Source: a virus
Length of the DNA: 37,699 nucleotides
IMG/VR virus record: IMGVR_UViG_3300045988_150048
Direction: 5' to 3' (one strand)
Shown one piece after another: positions 6,487 to 14,103 of the stretch. The translations under genes were made by a program, and so were the position numbers. Under the pieces are notes generated by a model. The model saw only the letters and a program-made list of their open reading frames with translations. It did not search any database and had not been told where the DNA came from. Numbering within the stretch: position 1 is the first letter of the stretch; each line of letters begins with the position of its first letter.

Positions 6487-6708
6487 TATCTGTTTGGGTT
6501 TCCATTTAGCAAACAGTGACTCCTTTCTTGTGGCAGAGTGGTTTACATATGTCAGCAGTAAAAAAATCACAGGTTGAGGTGAGCCACTCACTCCATATGA
6601 ATGTAGAAATATATAAAATTTTAGAAATCTGTTTCAAAATATCACCTTCAATAATGTTTTGACCGGAGGGTGGCTCTCTTGAACCTGTGACGGAAAGGGG
6701 AAATAAAA

Positions 6709-6771
6709 ATGATAACAATCGGTTGGGCGTGTATCGTCATTGGTTGCAGTTTGGTGGCGTATTGCAAATGA
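6709..6771 (+). CDS. Candidate 20-aa hydrophobic micro-ORF (MITIGWACIVIGCSLVAYCK)
   Basis: RBS ggaaagggg lies about 9 nt upstream. Its stop overlaps the next ATG (ATGA), suggesting coupling. Too short for statistical support. Confidence 0.3.
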   Translation: MITIGWACIVIGCSLVAYCK

Positions 6772-6995
6772 AAGCTGTAACATTCAAATACGATGCCATT
6801 TTCAAAAAAAATATGAGTTTTACAATGCAAATTTCAGATGAACTGTATGACGCATTGAAAATTCAAGACAAAATGCAGGATTTTCGTGTCAGTGAAATCA
6901 TGGACGATATTTCGTCCATGCTATCAATAGTTGCCGAATTGCAGAGTTTTGGTGCAATTAAAGGCGGTTATAGTATTGATTTTAATGACAATTAA
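6768..6995 (+). CDS. Hypothetical protein, 75 aa
   Basis: ORF in the early operon. ATG 6768 overlaps the stop of the micro-ORF. The ORF-track start at 6687 lacks an RBS. Confidence 0.45.
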   Translation: MKAVTFKYDAIFKKNMSFTMQISDELYDALKIQDKMQDFRVSEIMDDISSMLSIVAELQSFGAIKGGYSIDFNDN

Positions 6996-7132
6996 AAAAA
7001 TTACCGCCATTTGCTTATGAAAAGGTAGAAAAACGGTGAAAAATAAGGACTTAAATAATGAGAGGACAAAAAAAGCACCTTTCAGAATAGGACAAAATAC
7101 ATAATTCATAAATATGGAACGAGGTGATAAAA

Positions 7133-7291
7133 ATGAAAATACATCATATATTAGCGAACGGAAAAGAAGTTGAAAGTGTGGCAGGAAAAGTTATCAATGT
7201 GTCGGAATTTCCTATGTTGTCTTCTGTTTTTCGTTCGGTAAATCAACGAATTCAAGAACAGGCAACCGAAAACGAAGAAAAAGGAGCGTAA
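7133..7291 (+). CDS. Hypothetical small protein, 52 aa (below the ORF-track cutoff)
   Basis: RBS gaggtga lies 6 nt before ATG. MKIHHILANGKEVESVAGKVINVSEF.. fills the gap upstream of ssb. Confidence 0.5.
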   Translation: MKIHHILANGKEVESVAGKVINVSEFPMLSSVFRSVNQRIQEQATENEEKGA

Positions 7292-7328
7292 TGCTCCTAC
7301 GGTTGGACAAGCAAAGGAGGACAGAAAA

Positions 7329-7658
7329 ATGAACAAAGTAATGCTGATAGGTCGTATTTGTAACGATTTAAAAAAGAAGTACATAGGTGACAGTACCGTT
7401 GTTCAAGTGTCTTTGGCAGTGCAAAGACGTTTCAAAAATTCTAAAAATGAGTATGATACAGATTTCGTTCAATGCGAATTGTGGGGACACAATGCGGATT
7501 TTCTTGAAAAAAACTTTTCAAAGGGCGATATGGTCGCATTTGAAGGTGCAATCAGAAACAACAACTACGAAAAAGATGGTGTTAAGCACTATTCAAACAA
7601 AATAGTTGTAGAATCAGTGTATTTCACCGGAAGTACATTGATGAAGAAAAAACAATAA
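7329..7658 (+). CDS. ssb: Single-stranded DNA-binding protein (OB fold only; no acidic C-terminal tip)
   Basis: MNKVMLIGRICNDLKKKY....VQVSLAVQRRFKN...DTDFVQCELWG..ADFL.K.FSKGDMVAFEGAIRNNNYEKDG is the canonical SSB pattern. It ends ..LMKKKQ. Confidence 0.88.
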   Translation: MNKVMLIGRICNDLKKKYIGDSTVVQVSLAVQRRFKNSKNEYDTDFVQCELWGHNADFLEKNFSKGDMVAFEGAIRNNNYEKDGVKHYSNKIVVESVYFTGSTLMKKKQ

Positions 7659-7675
7659 TTGTGCAATTTGACTTA

Positions 7676-7705
7676 AATAAACCCTGCGGAAAGGTAGGGT
7701 TTATT
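7676..7705 (+). other. 10-bp hairpin after ssb (aataaaccct/agggtttatt)
   Basis: Perfect 10-bp stem with a 10-nt loop. No U-run follows, so terminator function is uncertain. Confidence 0.35.
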
Positions 7706-7755
7706 CGAGTACGCTTGAAAAAACGTACGGTGTACAAAGGAAAGGAGGAATTTTT

Positions 7756-8475
7756 GTGGAAGATTACGAAAATTCAAAACCGAATTATTATGCTGTCATT
7801 CCGGCAATAGTAAGATATGACAATGATGTGATGGACAAAGCAAAAATATTATATGGCGAACTTTCAGCATTATCAAACAAAAAAGGATATTGTTTTGCAA
7901 CCAACAAATATTTTGCCGATTTGTATAGTATAAGTGACCGACAGGTCAGAACACTTTTAAAAAGTTTGGCAGATAAAGGATACATAATTGTGGACAACGA
8001 ATCACAGCCACGAAAAATTTATACATTTGAGAGTATATTAGAGCAGAAACTTCTTTCTGCCCCCCCGGAAGAAAACTTCCGCCATAATAATACAAGTAAT
8101 AATAATAAAAAAAATAACACTCCGTCCCCGGAGTTGGTGTCTGAGTTCAAAGCGTGGTATTCAAAATATCCTAACCAACGAAATGAGCAACAGACCATGA
8201 GAAACTACATCAGCACCAGAAACAAATATTCAGCCGAACAACTGATGTCAGCACTGGATAATTACCTCGCAGACATAGAAAAAAACAACACAGACAAACG
8301 CTATATAAAATACTCAACAAACTTTGTCGGTAGAGAACAAGCGTTTGTCGATTACTTAAACACACCGGCACAGCCGGTTTCGACTGAGGAAACTGATGAT
8401 AGTTACATCGCCACAATCGAAGCGGAAGACCCTGAGTATGCCGCACGACTCCGAAGGAGGGATAACGATGTATGA
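7756..8475 (+). CDS. Replication initiator / replisome organizer (N-terminal winged-helix, C-terminal DnaD-like domain)
   Basis: YYAVIPAIVRYD..AKILYGELSALSNKKGYCFATNKYFADLYSISDRQVRTLLKSLADKGYI, and C-terminal F.AWYSKYPNQ.. typical of phage organizer/DnaD-like domains. GTG start with RBS aaggagga. Overlaps the dnaB start. Confidence 0.7.
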   Translation: MEDYENSKPNYYAVIPAIVRYDNDVMDKAKILYGELSALSNKKGYCFATNKYFADLYSISDRQVRTLLKSLADKGYIIVDNESQPRKIYTFESILEQKLLSAPPEENFRHNNTSNNNKKNNTPSPELVSEFKAWYSKYPNQRNEQQTMRNYISTRNKYSAEQLMSALDNYLADIEKNNTDKRYIKYSTNFVGREQAFVDYLNTPAQPVSTEETDDSYIATIEAEDPEYAARLRRRDNDV

Positions 8476-9889
8476 ACAACAACAAATTCCTGCCAACTAT
8501 GAGGCGGAGCAGGCAGTCGTTGGTGCATTAATCATTGGTGGCAATGTGGATGAATTAACCACCGAAGTCAACCTAACACCCAATGATTTTTATTTCAGTG
8601 ATTGCAAATTGGTGTACAAATGCATTTTGTACCTAAACGACAAAAACGACAAAATCGACATAGTGACGGTAGATAGTACATTAAAAACCGCCAAAGAATA
8701 CAAGGGAATTGAATTTCTGAAGGGTGCGATCAGCAACAACCCAACGAAACATAATTTAATTTACTATGGTAAAATCGTAAAAGAATATGCGAAACGTCGT
8801 TGGTACATAGATATGTCAAATAAAATATTGACTATGGCAGGCAATACAACATTGCCAATAGAAAAAATATCCGACAAAGTGGAATATATGCTGGCAACGG
8901 AGAGTGATTCTATCAATGTCAATACCGCAGACGATTTGATAATGCAGACGTATGACACCATTGCAAAAGCAAGTGAAAACAAAGGTAGTATTCCGGGACA
9001 GGCAACAGGATTTGATAACATAGATTTGAAAATGGGCGGTATAGACGGATTGGCTGTTTTAGGTGCCAGACCGGGTATGGGAAAAACCGCATTTGCGTTA
9101 AATGTTGCTGAACATATAGTTTACAACGAATTAAAACCGGTAGTATTTTTTTCGTTGGAAATGGGTGCACAACAGTTAATGCTCCGATTGGTATCATCAA
9201 TGACACGCATTAAATATTCTGCTTTGCGATATGGGGAATTGGAAGATGATGATTGGACAAAACTCGCCAGTTTCATGAACCAATCAGAAAAAACAAAAAA
9301 ATTGTTAATCTGTGATGAACCCAAGATGACAGTGCGAAAAATTCGTTCGGTTTGCCGTAGGTTAAAAAAACAATATGGCTCTTTGGGGGCGGTGATTGTT
9401 GACTATTTGCAATTAATTGAAATGCCAAACAATAAAAACTGCACAAAGACACAAGCAGTCGGTGATGTTAGCCGAGAGCTGAAAATCTTAACGAAAGAAT
9501 TAGGTTGTCCGATAATTGCTCTTTCGCAGCTGAATAGAGCAAATGAGCAACGGTCGGACAAAAGACCGACACTTGCCGATCTTCGTGACAGCGGAGCTAT
9601 TGAACAGGATGCCGACAGTGTAATGTTCATCCATAACGAAGACGCATATAGAAAAGACAAATCACAACCACCAACAGGCAAAGTTGAGATATTGTTACCG
9701 AAATCAAGGTTTTCGCAAACAGGAACAATGTTTTTAAAATTCCAACCGGAATACATGAAATTTTCAAATTGGAATGTGAAAAAAGACCCATTTAATCGTA
9801 GTAAAAATTCGGCGGCAGTGTGGGACAAACCGGACGAAAATGATAAAGAAAACGCAAAAACTGGCGAAGCTGAAAAAGAGGAAAAATGA
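8468..9889 (+). CDS. dnaB: Replicative DNA helicase, DnaB family
   Basis: N-terminal PANYEAEQAVVGALI, Walker A GARPGMGKTAF, Walker B VIVDYLQL, plus SQLNR and DSGAIEQDAD motifs. ATG 8468 with RBS ggaggg. Confidence 0.93.
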   Translation: MYEQQQIPANYEAEQAVVGALIIGGNVDELTTEVNLTPNDFYFSDCKLVYKCILYLNDKNDKIDIVTVDSTLKTAKEYKGIEFLKGAISNNPTKHNLIYYGKIVKEYAKRRWYIDMSNKILTMAGNTTLPIEKISDKVEYMLATESDSINVNTADDLIMQTYDTIAKASENKGSIPGQATGFDNIDLKMGGIDGLAVLGARPGMGKTAFALNVAEHIVYNELKPVVFFSLEMGAQQLMLRLVSSMTRIKYSALRYGELEDDDWTKLASFMNQSEKTKKLLICDEPKMTVRKIRSVCRRLKKQYGSLGAVIVDYLQLIEMPNNKNCTKTQAVGDVSRELKILTKELGCPIIALSQLNRANEQRSDKRPTLADLRDSGAIEQDADSVMFIHNEDAYRKDKSQPPTGKVEILLPKSRFSQTGTMFLKFQPEYMKFSNWNVKKDPFNRSKNSAAVWDKPDENDKENAKTGEAEKEEK

Positions 9890-9980
9890 CAAAGTGAAAG
9901 CTGATGAAATTTCAGAAAAATAACCAGATTTTAATGGTTATAAAATCGAAAAAAAACATAATTGATTTTATAATCAAAAA

Positions 9981-10011
9981 AACGGCTTAGGACATCAGAT
10001 TTTAAGCCGTT
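9981..10011. other. 9-bp hairpin (aacggctta/taagccgtt) in the AT-rich dnaB-dnaN intergenic region
   Basis: Stem read directly. An A-run precedes it and only a weak T-run follows, so it has terminator shape mainly for the minus direction. Confidence 0.4.
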
Positions 10012-10111
10012 TCTACGAAAATATAATCACTATTTTTATTTGAATATTAGCCATAGAATAAAAGATAAAAAAATCGAATCAAAATTTATTGCGAAGAAAG
10101 GAGTAGCAAAA

Positions 10112-11203
10112 ATGAAGTTCAGAACATTCAAATATAACATCATTAGGGCAATCAAAGTTATAAATCATGCTGTCAATGCAGAAACAATGAAGATGTTGGG
10201 CGGTATTCTGATAGATGCCAATGCACCGAATATGGTGGAATTGACAGCATATTCAAATGACATAAAAATCAAATATTATGTTCGTGCAGACGTTGAGCAG
10301 AAAGGGACGGTTGTATGTAACCCAAAGTATTTGATGAACATTTCAAAAGGTGAAAATATGGAGGTTATAATATCAACCGACAAAGACAATGTCATTGAAA
10401 TGAAAATCGGAACATACAAGCAGAAATGGCAAGGAACAGTTGCGGAAAATTATCCGAAAATATCAATGCCGGAATGCAATGATGAGTTGATGTTAGAACA
10501 GGAACGGTTTAGAGAAATTTTAACTAAAACTGTGCCGTTTGCAGCACCGACAGTCGGATACAGACCGCAGTATAACGGTGTGTTATTTGACATGAAAAAC
10601 GAAATATTGCACAATGTTTCAACTGACGGTAAACGAATGGCACATATAACTACACCTGTTGGTACATATGGAAATATGTCGTTTGTAATAACGCTTCCTG
10701 CGGCAAAGGAACTGTGTCATATTGAAAGTGAAAATCCACTGTTGCGTATTATTGTTGATAATACAAATATGCGGTTGTTGTTAGATTACAGTGAATTTAT
10801 AGTTGTCGCCAGTACATTTAATGAAAATGGTTATGTCAAATATGACAATATGATGAATCGTGAATCGGATATAACTGCAACGGTAAAACGTGCAGAGTTT
10901 ATGCAGATGATTGAACGCGGTAAATTCGTTTCGGAACAGGGTAAAACAAAAGTTCCGGTAACGTTGGAATTGAAGGATGATGTTTTGAAATGCAATGGCA
11001 GAAATCTTCGCTGCCAGCTAAAAGATGAAATAGATGCCGATATAGCCGGCAATATTAAAATCGGTTTCAATGCTGATTTTTTAATGGATATGATAAAAAC
11101 AATACGGTCCGACAATGTTGTTTTGGAATTGAAATCACAGAAAGACGCATTGATAATAAAAGACGGTGATACAGAATTATTGTTGTTGCCGGTGATAGTG
11201 TGA
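10112..11203 (+). CDS. dnaN: DNA polymerase III beta subunit-like sliding clamp
   Basis: MKFRTFKYNIIRAIKVINHAV......MLGGILIDAN...VELTAYSNDIKIKYYV.A.VEQKGTVVCNPKYL matches the DnaN N-terminal pattern. About 363 aa, the size of a three-domain clamp. RBS aaaggag lies before ATG 10112. Confidence 0.8.
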   Translation: MKFRTFKYNIIRAIKVINHAVNAETMKMLGGILIDANAPNMVELTAYSNDIKIKYYVRADVEQKGTVVCNPKYLMNISKGENMEVIISTDKDNVIEMKIGTYKQKWQGTVAENYPKISMPECNDELMLEQERFREILTKTVPFAAPTVGYRPQYNGVLFDMKNEILHNVSTDGKRMAHITTPVGTYGNMSFVITLPAAKELCHIESENPLLRIIVDNTNMRLLLDYSEFIVVASTFNENGYVKYDNMMNRESDITATVKRAEFMQMIERGKFVSEQGKTKVPVTLELKDDVLKCNGRNLRCQLKDEIDADIAGNIKIGFNADFLMDMIKTIRSDNVVLELKSQKDALIIKDGDTELLLLPVIV

Positions 11204-11217
11204 AAGGGGACAGTAAA

Positions 11218-11544
11218 ATGCGAAAACGATATTGTAGTATGTGTGGTCGTTTGATGGACGAACACATTGACGAAAACACAGGAAAACCGTTCGATATTCA
11301 GTTATGTTCCGGTGTATGTATAGGTGCTGCATGGCGAAATGTTACGGAATCAATTAAAAATGGTGTACGACCACAATGGACGGCAGCAGTAGTACGCAGA
11401 AAAAGTAAAGCATTTGAGTATCATAATCAGATAGTAAACTTGTTAAATAAAAAATTTACGCAAAAAAAAATTGCCGAGGCATTAGGAATATCTCATGGTA
11501 CAGTTCATTCATCGTTGAAACAATACGGAAGGGAGTTTATTTAA
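11218..11544 (+). CDS. Putative Zn-ribbon plus HTH DNA-binding protein
   Basis: CSMCG..(20)..CSGVC cysteine pairs. C-terminal FTQKKIAEALGISHGTVHSSLKQ is a sigma-r4/resolvase-like HTH. Confidence 0.6.
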   Translation: MRKRYCSMCGRLMDEHIDENTGKPFDIQLCSGVCIGAAWRNVTESIKNGVRPQWTAAVVRRKSKAFEYHNQIVNLLNKKFTQKKIAEALGISHGTVHSSLKQYGREFI

Positions 11545-11545
11545 G

Positions 11546-12334
11546 ATGATAGGAAGAAGAATAAAAGAATTAAGAATAAAAAACGGATTGACGCAACAAG
11601 AATTGGCAAAAATTTTAAATGTGTCAAGTATGTCTATTTCGTTTTATGAAAATGAGCAAAGAAAACCGGATAGCGAGTTTATTATTGCGTGTTCGAGGTT
11701 TTTTGATGTTTCAACTGATTATTTGTTAGGAAAAACGTATAAAAGGAGAATACCGAGAGAAGAAAGGATTGGAGTATTCAGCAAAAGATTGAAACGTGTA
11801 AGAGAATTAAAAGGTATATCACAAAGACAAGCAGCAGAAGATTTAAACATAAGTCCACAAAATCTATCGTATTACGAAAACGGTCGTGACGCTGGATACG
11901 ATTTACTTATCCGTATGGCTCGATACTATGATGTTACAGTTGAGTATTTAATCGGTGTGTCACCTGTCATGCAACGAGAAAATATAGATGTCAATAAAGA
12001 ATTGGGATTAAATGATAAGTCAATTTGTTTATTGCGACAACGTGACAAATTCGGAGGGCATAGTATCGCAACTAATGTTGTAAACAATATTATGGGGACA
12101 AAATATTTCCGAAAGCTTGTTGCTATATTGACCGAAGAAAATGAATGTAAAAACAAAGATACACCAGAGCAAAAAGAACTAAGAAACCAAATAGCAAAAG
12201 TATATGGTGAGATTTTTTTTACCAGAAAGCGTGACTGGGAAATAGAACAATGTATAAATGGTATTACAAGAGAACTAAGAGAACAATATGAAGTTTATCC
12301 GGTAGATGATTGTGAAAGGTCAATGGAGGAATAA
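11546..12334 (+). CDS. Tandem XRE-HTH protein (two HTH_3 domains plus a C-terminal domain of about 110 aa)
   Basis: IKELRIKNGLTQQELAKILNVSSMSISFYENEQRKP and LKRVRELKGISQRQAAEDLNISPQNLSYYENGR. Confidence 0.8.
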   Translation: MIGRRIKELRIKNGLTQQELAKILNVSSMSISFYENEQRKPDSEFIIACSRFFDVSTDYLLGKTYKRRIPREERIGVFSKRLKRVRELKGISQRQAAEDLNISPQNLSYYENGRDAGYDLLIRMARYYDVTVEYLIGVSPVMQRENIDVNKELGLNDKSICLLRQRDKFGGHSIATNVVNNIMGTKYFRKLVAILTEENECKNKDTPEQKELRNQIAKVYGEIFFTRKRDWEIEQCINGITRELREQYEVYPVDDCERSMEE

Positions 12335-12337
12335 AAT

Positions 12338-12628
12338 TTGAAAAAGCATAAAATAAATATATCCAAGATGATTTTCAAATCGTGGGACAAGCACACTGAA
12401 ACATGGTGTCGGATAGCATTTATGCTGATGATACCATCAGCACTGAGTAGAGTGTTTGCAACAATATGTATTATATTCGGCTTTGTGCTATTAGCAATAA
12501 TCAGAAAAGGATATGAAGAATATTGGCATTTAGATGATGCAGATAAAGAAAAATATCATGAACTTATGGCTTTGCTGATGGCACTTAATAATGATGATTT
12601 TTGGGGAGGACAAGAAGATGAAAAATAA
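12338..12628 (+). CDS. Hypothetical membrane protein, 96 aa (TTG start)
   Basis: RBS GGAGGA lies 7 nt before TTG. Contains two hydrophobic segments. Confidence 0.5.
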   Translation: MKKHKINISKMIFKSWDKHTETWCRIAFMLMIPSALSRVFATICIIFGFVLLAIIRKGYEEYWHLDDADKEKYHELMALLMALNNDDFWGGQEDEK

Positions 12629-12869
12629 AAATAAAAATTTTATTACACCACCAATGAAAACACCTACGGGTGAAACGAAAAAGACAGTAGCCAAACGCAA
12701 AGATAGTTGGTTTGAGACAAAATTGAAAAACGGTGAACTTCTGTCTTTCAACTACCGTTGCAATATTGTCGAACATGTAGCGGATTTAGTTATATTAAAA
12801 GAATATAATCAGGGAAACAAAAAAGTATTAGCAATTATTCCAAAAGATAATATACTTTATATTTATTAA
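12618..12869 (+). CDS. Hypothetical basic protein, 83 aa
   Basis: RBS ggagga lies before ATG 12618 and overlaps the end of the previous gene. Confidence 0.5.
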   Translation: MKNKNKNFITPPMKTPTGETKKTVAKRKDSWFETKLKNGELLSFNYRCNIVEHVADLVILKEYNQGNKKVLAIIPKDNILYIY

Positions 12870-12885
12870 TGCAGGAGGAACAGTA

Positions 12886-13443
12886 ATGAAAGTAGAGTTG
12901 AAAATGAACGATAAAAGCGTTCAAGCTGAAATATCGGAAGGACAGCTGAAAGAGTTGGGACTGGTTGAGCAGTTAAAAAAGTTGGGATTGCTTGAGGATA
13001 AACCTAAAACTGGGTATGAGAGGGTTAAAAAAGATGAAATGTATTATGTAATTAATACAAAAGACGATAGTATGATAAATGTTAAAGAGTTTAAAGACGA
13101 AACGGATGAGCAATATTATAACATAGGCAATTATTACAATGATAAGATAATTGCCGAGAACAATGCTCGTGCAGACAGATTGCTCCGTCAGCTAAGACAG
13201 TGGCAGGCACAAAATGACAAGGCTATTTCTATATCTGATTGGAAAAATGAAAATATTTTTAAATATCATATAGAGTACGATTGTTTTAATGATTTTCCTT
13301 TCGTGGTTTATACTACTCGTTTTCGAACCCCAAATACTATATACTTTACATCGGGGGAAAAAGCCGAGGGAGCTATCGAAGTATTCAAAGATGAGTTAAA
13401 GTGGTACTACACCAAATATCAGCAGCGATTAGACGAAGAATAA
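12886..13443 (+). CDS. Hypothetical protein, 185 aa
   Basis: RBS aggagga. Coding-like composition. I recognise no motif. Confidence 0.65.
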   Translation: MKVELKMNDKSVQAEISEGQLKELGLVEQLKKLGLLEDKPKTGYERVKKDEMYYVINTKDDSMINVKEFKDETDEQYYNIGNYYNDKIIAENNARADRLLRQLRQWQAQNDKAISISDWKNENIFKYHIEYDCFNDFPFVVYTTRFRTPNTIYFTSGEKAEGAIEVFKDELKWYYTKYQQRLDEE

Positions 13444-13464
13444 GCAAAACGGGGGAGTGAAAGC

Positions 13465-13809
13465 ATGACGACAAAAGAATGGTTACAGAGAGGAATTGAG
13501 ATTGAAGAAGAAATTGCTGATTTGCAGGCGGTTAATCCGGTTGCATTTTTGGACGAAATAAATGTAGCGGTTTATGAACAAAACATCAAAAACAGAATTG
13601 GCGAATTGTACAAAATAAAAAATGAAATTCTTCAAACCGTGAATCAGGTCGAAAGTGCTACACTCCGAAGACTGTTAATTAAGAGGTATATTCAAAATTT
13701 AACGTGGGAAAAGATTGCAGAACAGCTAAACTATTCATACAAACACGTTGTACATATTCTTCACCCCAAGGCACTGTCTGCAATCAAAAGAGTTTTAGAA
13801 AAAGATTAA
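13465..13809 (+). CDS. Putative late-gene transcriptional activator (sigma-70 region-4-like HTH; ArpU/RinA/DUF1492-like)
   Basis: C-terminal TLRRLLIKRYIQNLTWEKIAEQLNYSYKHVVHILHPKALSAIKRV resembles sigma region 4. It is the last early gene before the packaging operon. Confidence 0.55.
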   Translation: MTTKEWLQRGIEIEEEIADLQAVNPVAFLDEINVAVYEQNIKNRIGELYKIKNEILQTVNQVESATLRRLLIKRYIQNLTWEKIAEQLNYSYKHVVHILHPKALSAIKRVLEKD

Positions 13810-13834
13810 GCCGGATTTTATTCCGGCTTTTTTT
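13809..13834 (+). terminator. Rho-independent terminator ending the early operon
   Basis: Stem agccgga/tccggct followed by a T7 run. Confidence 0.85.
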
Positions 13835-13899
13835 GTATGCGGAATTTTATAAAAATCCATAAAAACGTCATTATGTAATAGAATGTAACATTGATCCTG

Positions 13900-14040
13900 T
13901 GGTAGTATATGAATCGAAGGGTGAACTGCCGTGAGGCAGTGGGAAAAAATATCTCAAAGCAAAAGAGGGGAATAGAGATATTAAGATAGGCATAGACACG
14001 CTTGAAGTATTCAGCGTACCATGTTTATGCTGATTATACG
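13900..14040 (+). promoter_or_regulatory. Structured non-coding leader or candidate small RNA (extended -10 TGgTAGTAT at 13900..13908 and three hairpins)
   Basis: Hairpins: actgcc-GTGA-ggcagt (13925..13940), atatctc..gagatat (13949..13981), and an imperfect cgcttgaa..ttcagcg. No RBS-preceded ORF. Confidence 0.4.
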
Positions 14041-14076
14041 GAATGTATATGTTAATGCATATACATTCTGTTTTTT
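14041..14076 (+). terminator. Strong rho-independent terminator immediately upstream of the methyltransferase gene
   Basis: Perfect 11-bp stem gaatgtatatg/catatacattc, 6-nt loop, then tgtttttt. Confidence 0.8.
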
Positions 14077-14103
14077 ATTTTGGATAAAGAAAGGGACATA
14101 ATT

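Noticed and set aside
6506-6830. Minus-strand ORFs 6506..6718 and 6648..6830 in the gap after cro.
   Set aside because: They have no RBS and no promoter, and their translations are implausible. They run against the flow of the early operon.
8396-8467. ORF-track N-terminal extensions: DnaB from 8396, DnaN from 10040, cro from 6229, repressor from 6111, methyltransferase from 14080, protease from 20424, and 11200, 12591, 2063, 2360, 23607.
   Set aside because: The upstream starts lack Shine-Dalgarno sequences or overlap the preceding gene extensively. Internal ATGs have GGAGG-type RBSs at 6-9 nt and give canonical N-termini, for example MYEQQQIP for DnaB and MKFRTF for DnaN.
13909-13989. 26-aa basic ORF (MNRRVNCREAVGKNISKQKRGIEILR) within the late leader.
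   Set aside because: There is no RBS upstream. The ORF is composed largely of the arms of two RNA hairpins. A structured RNA explains it better.
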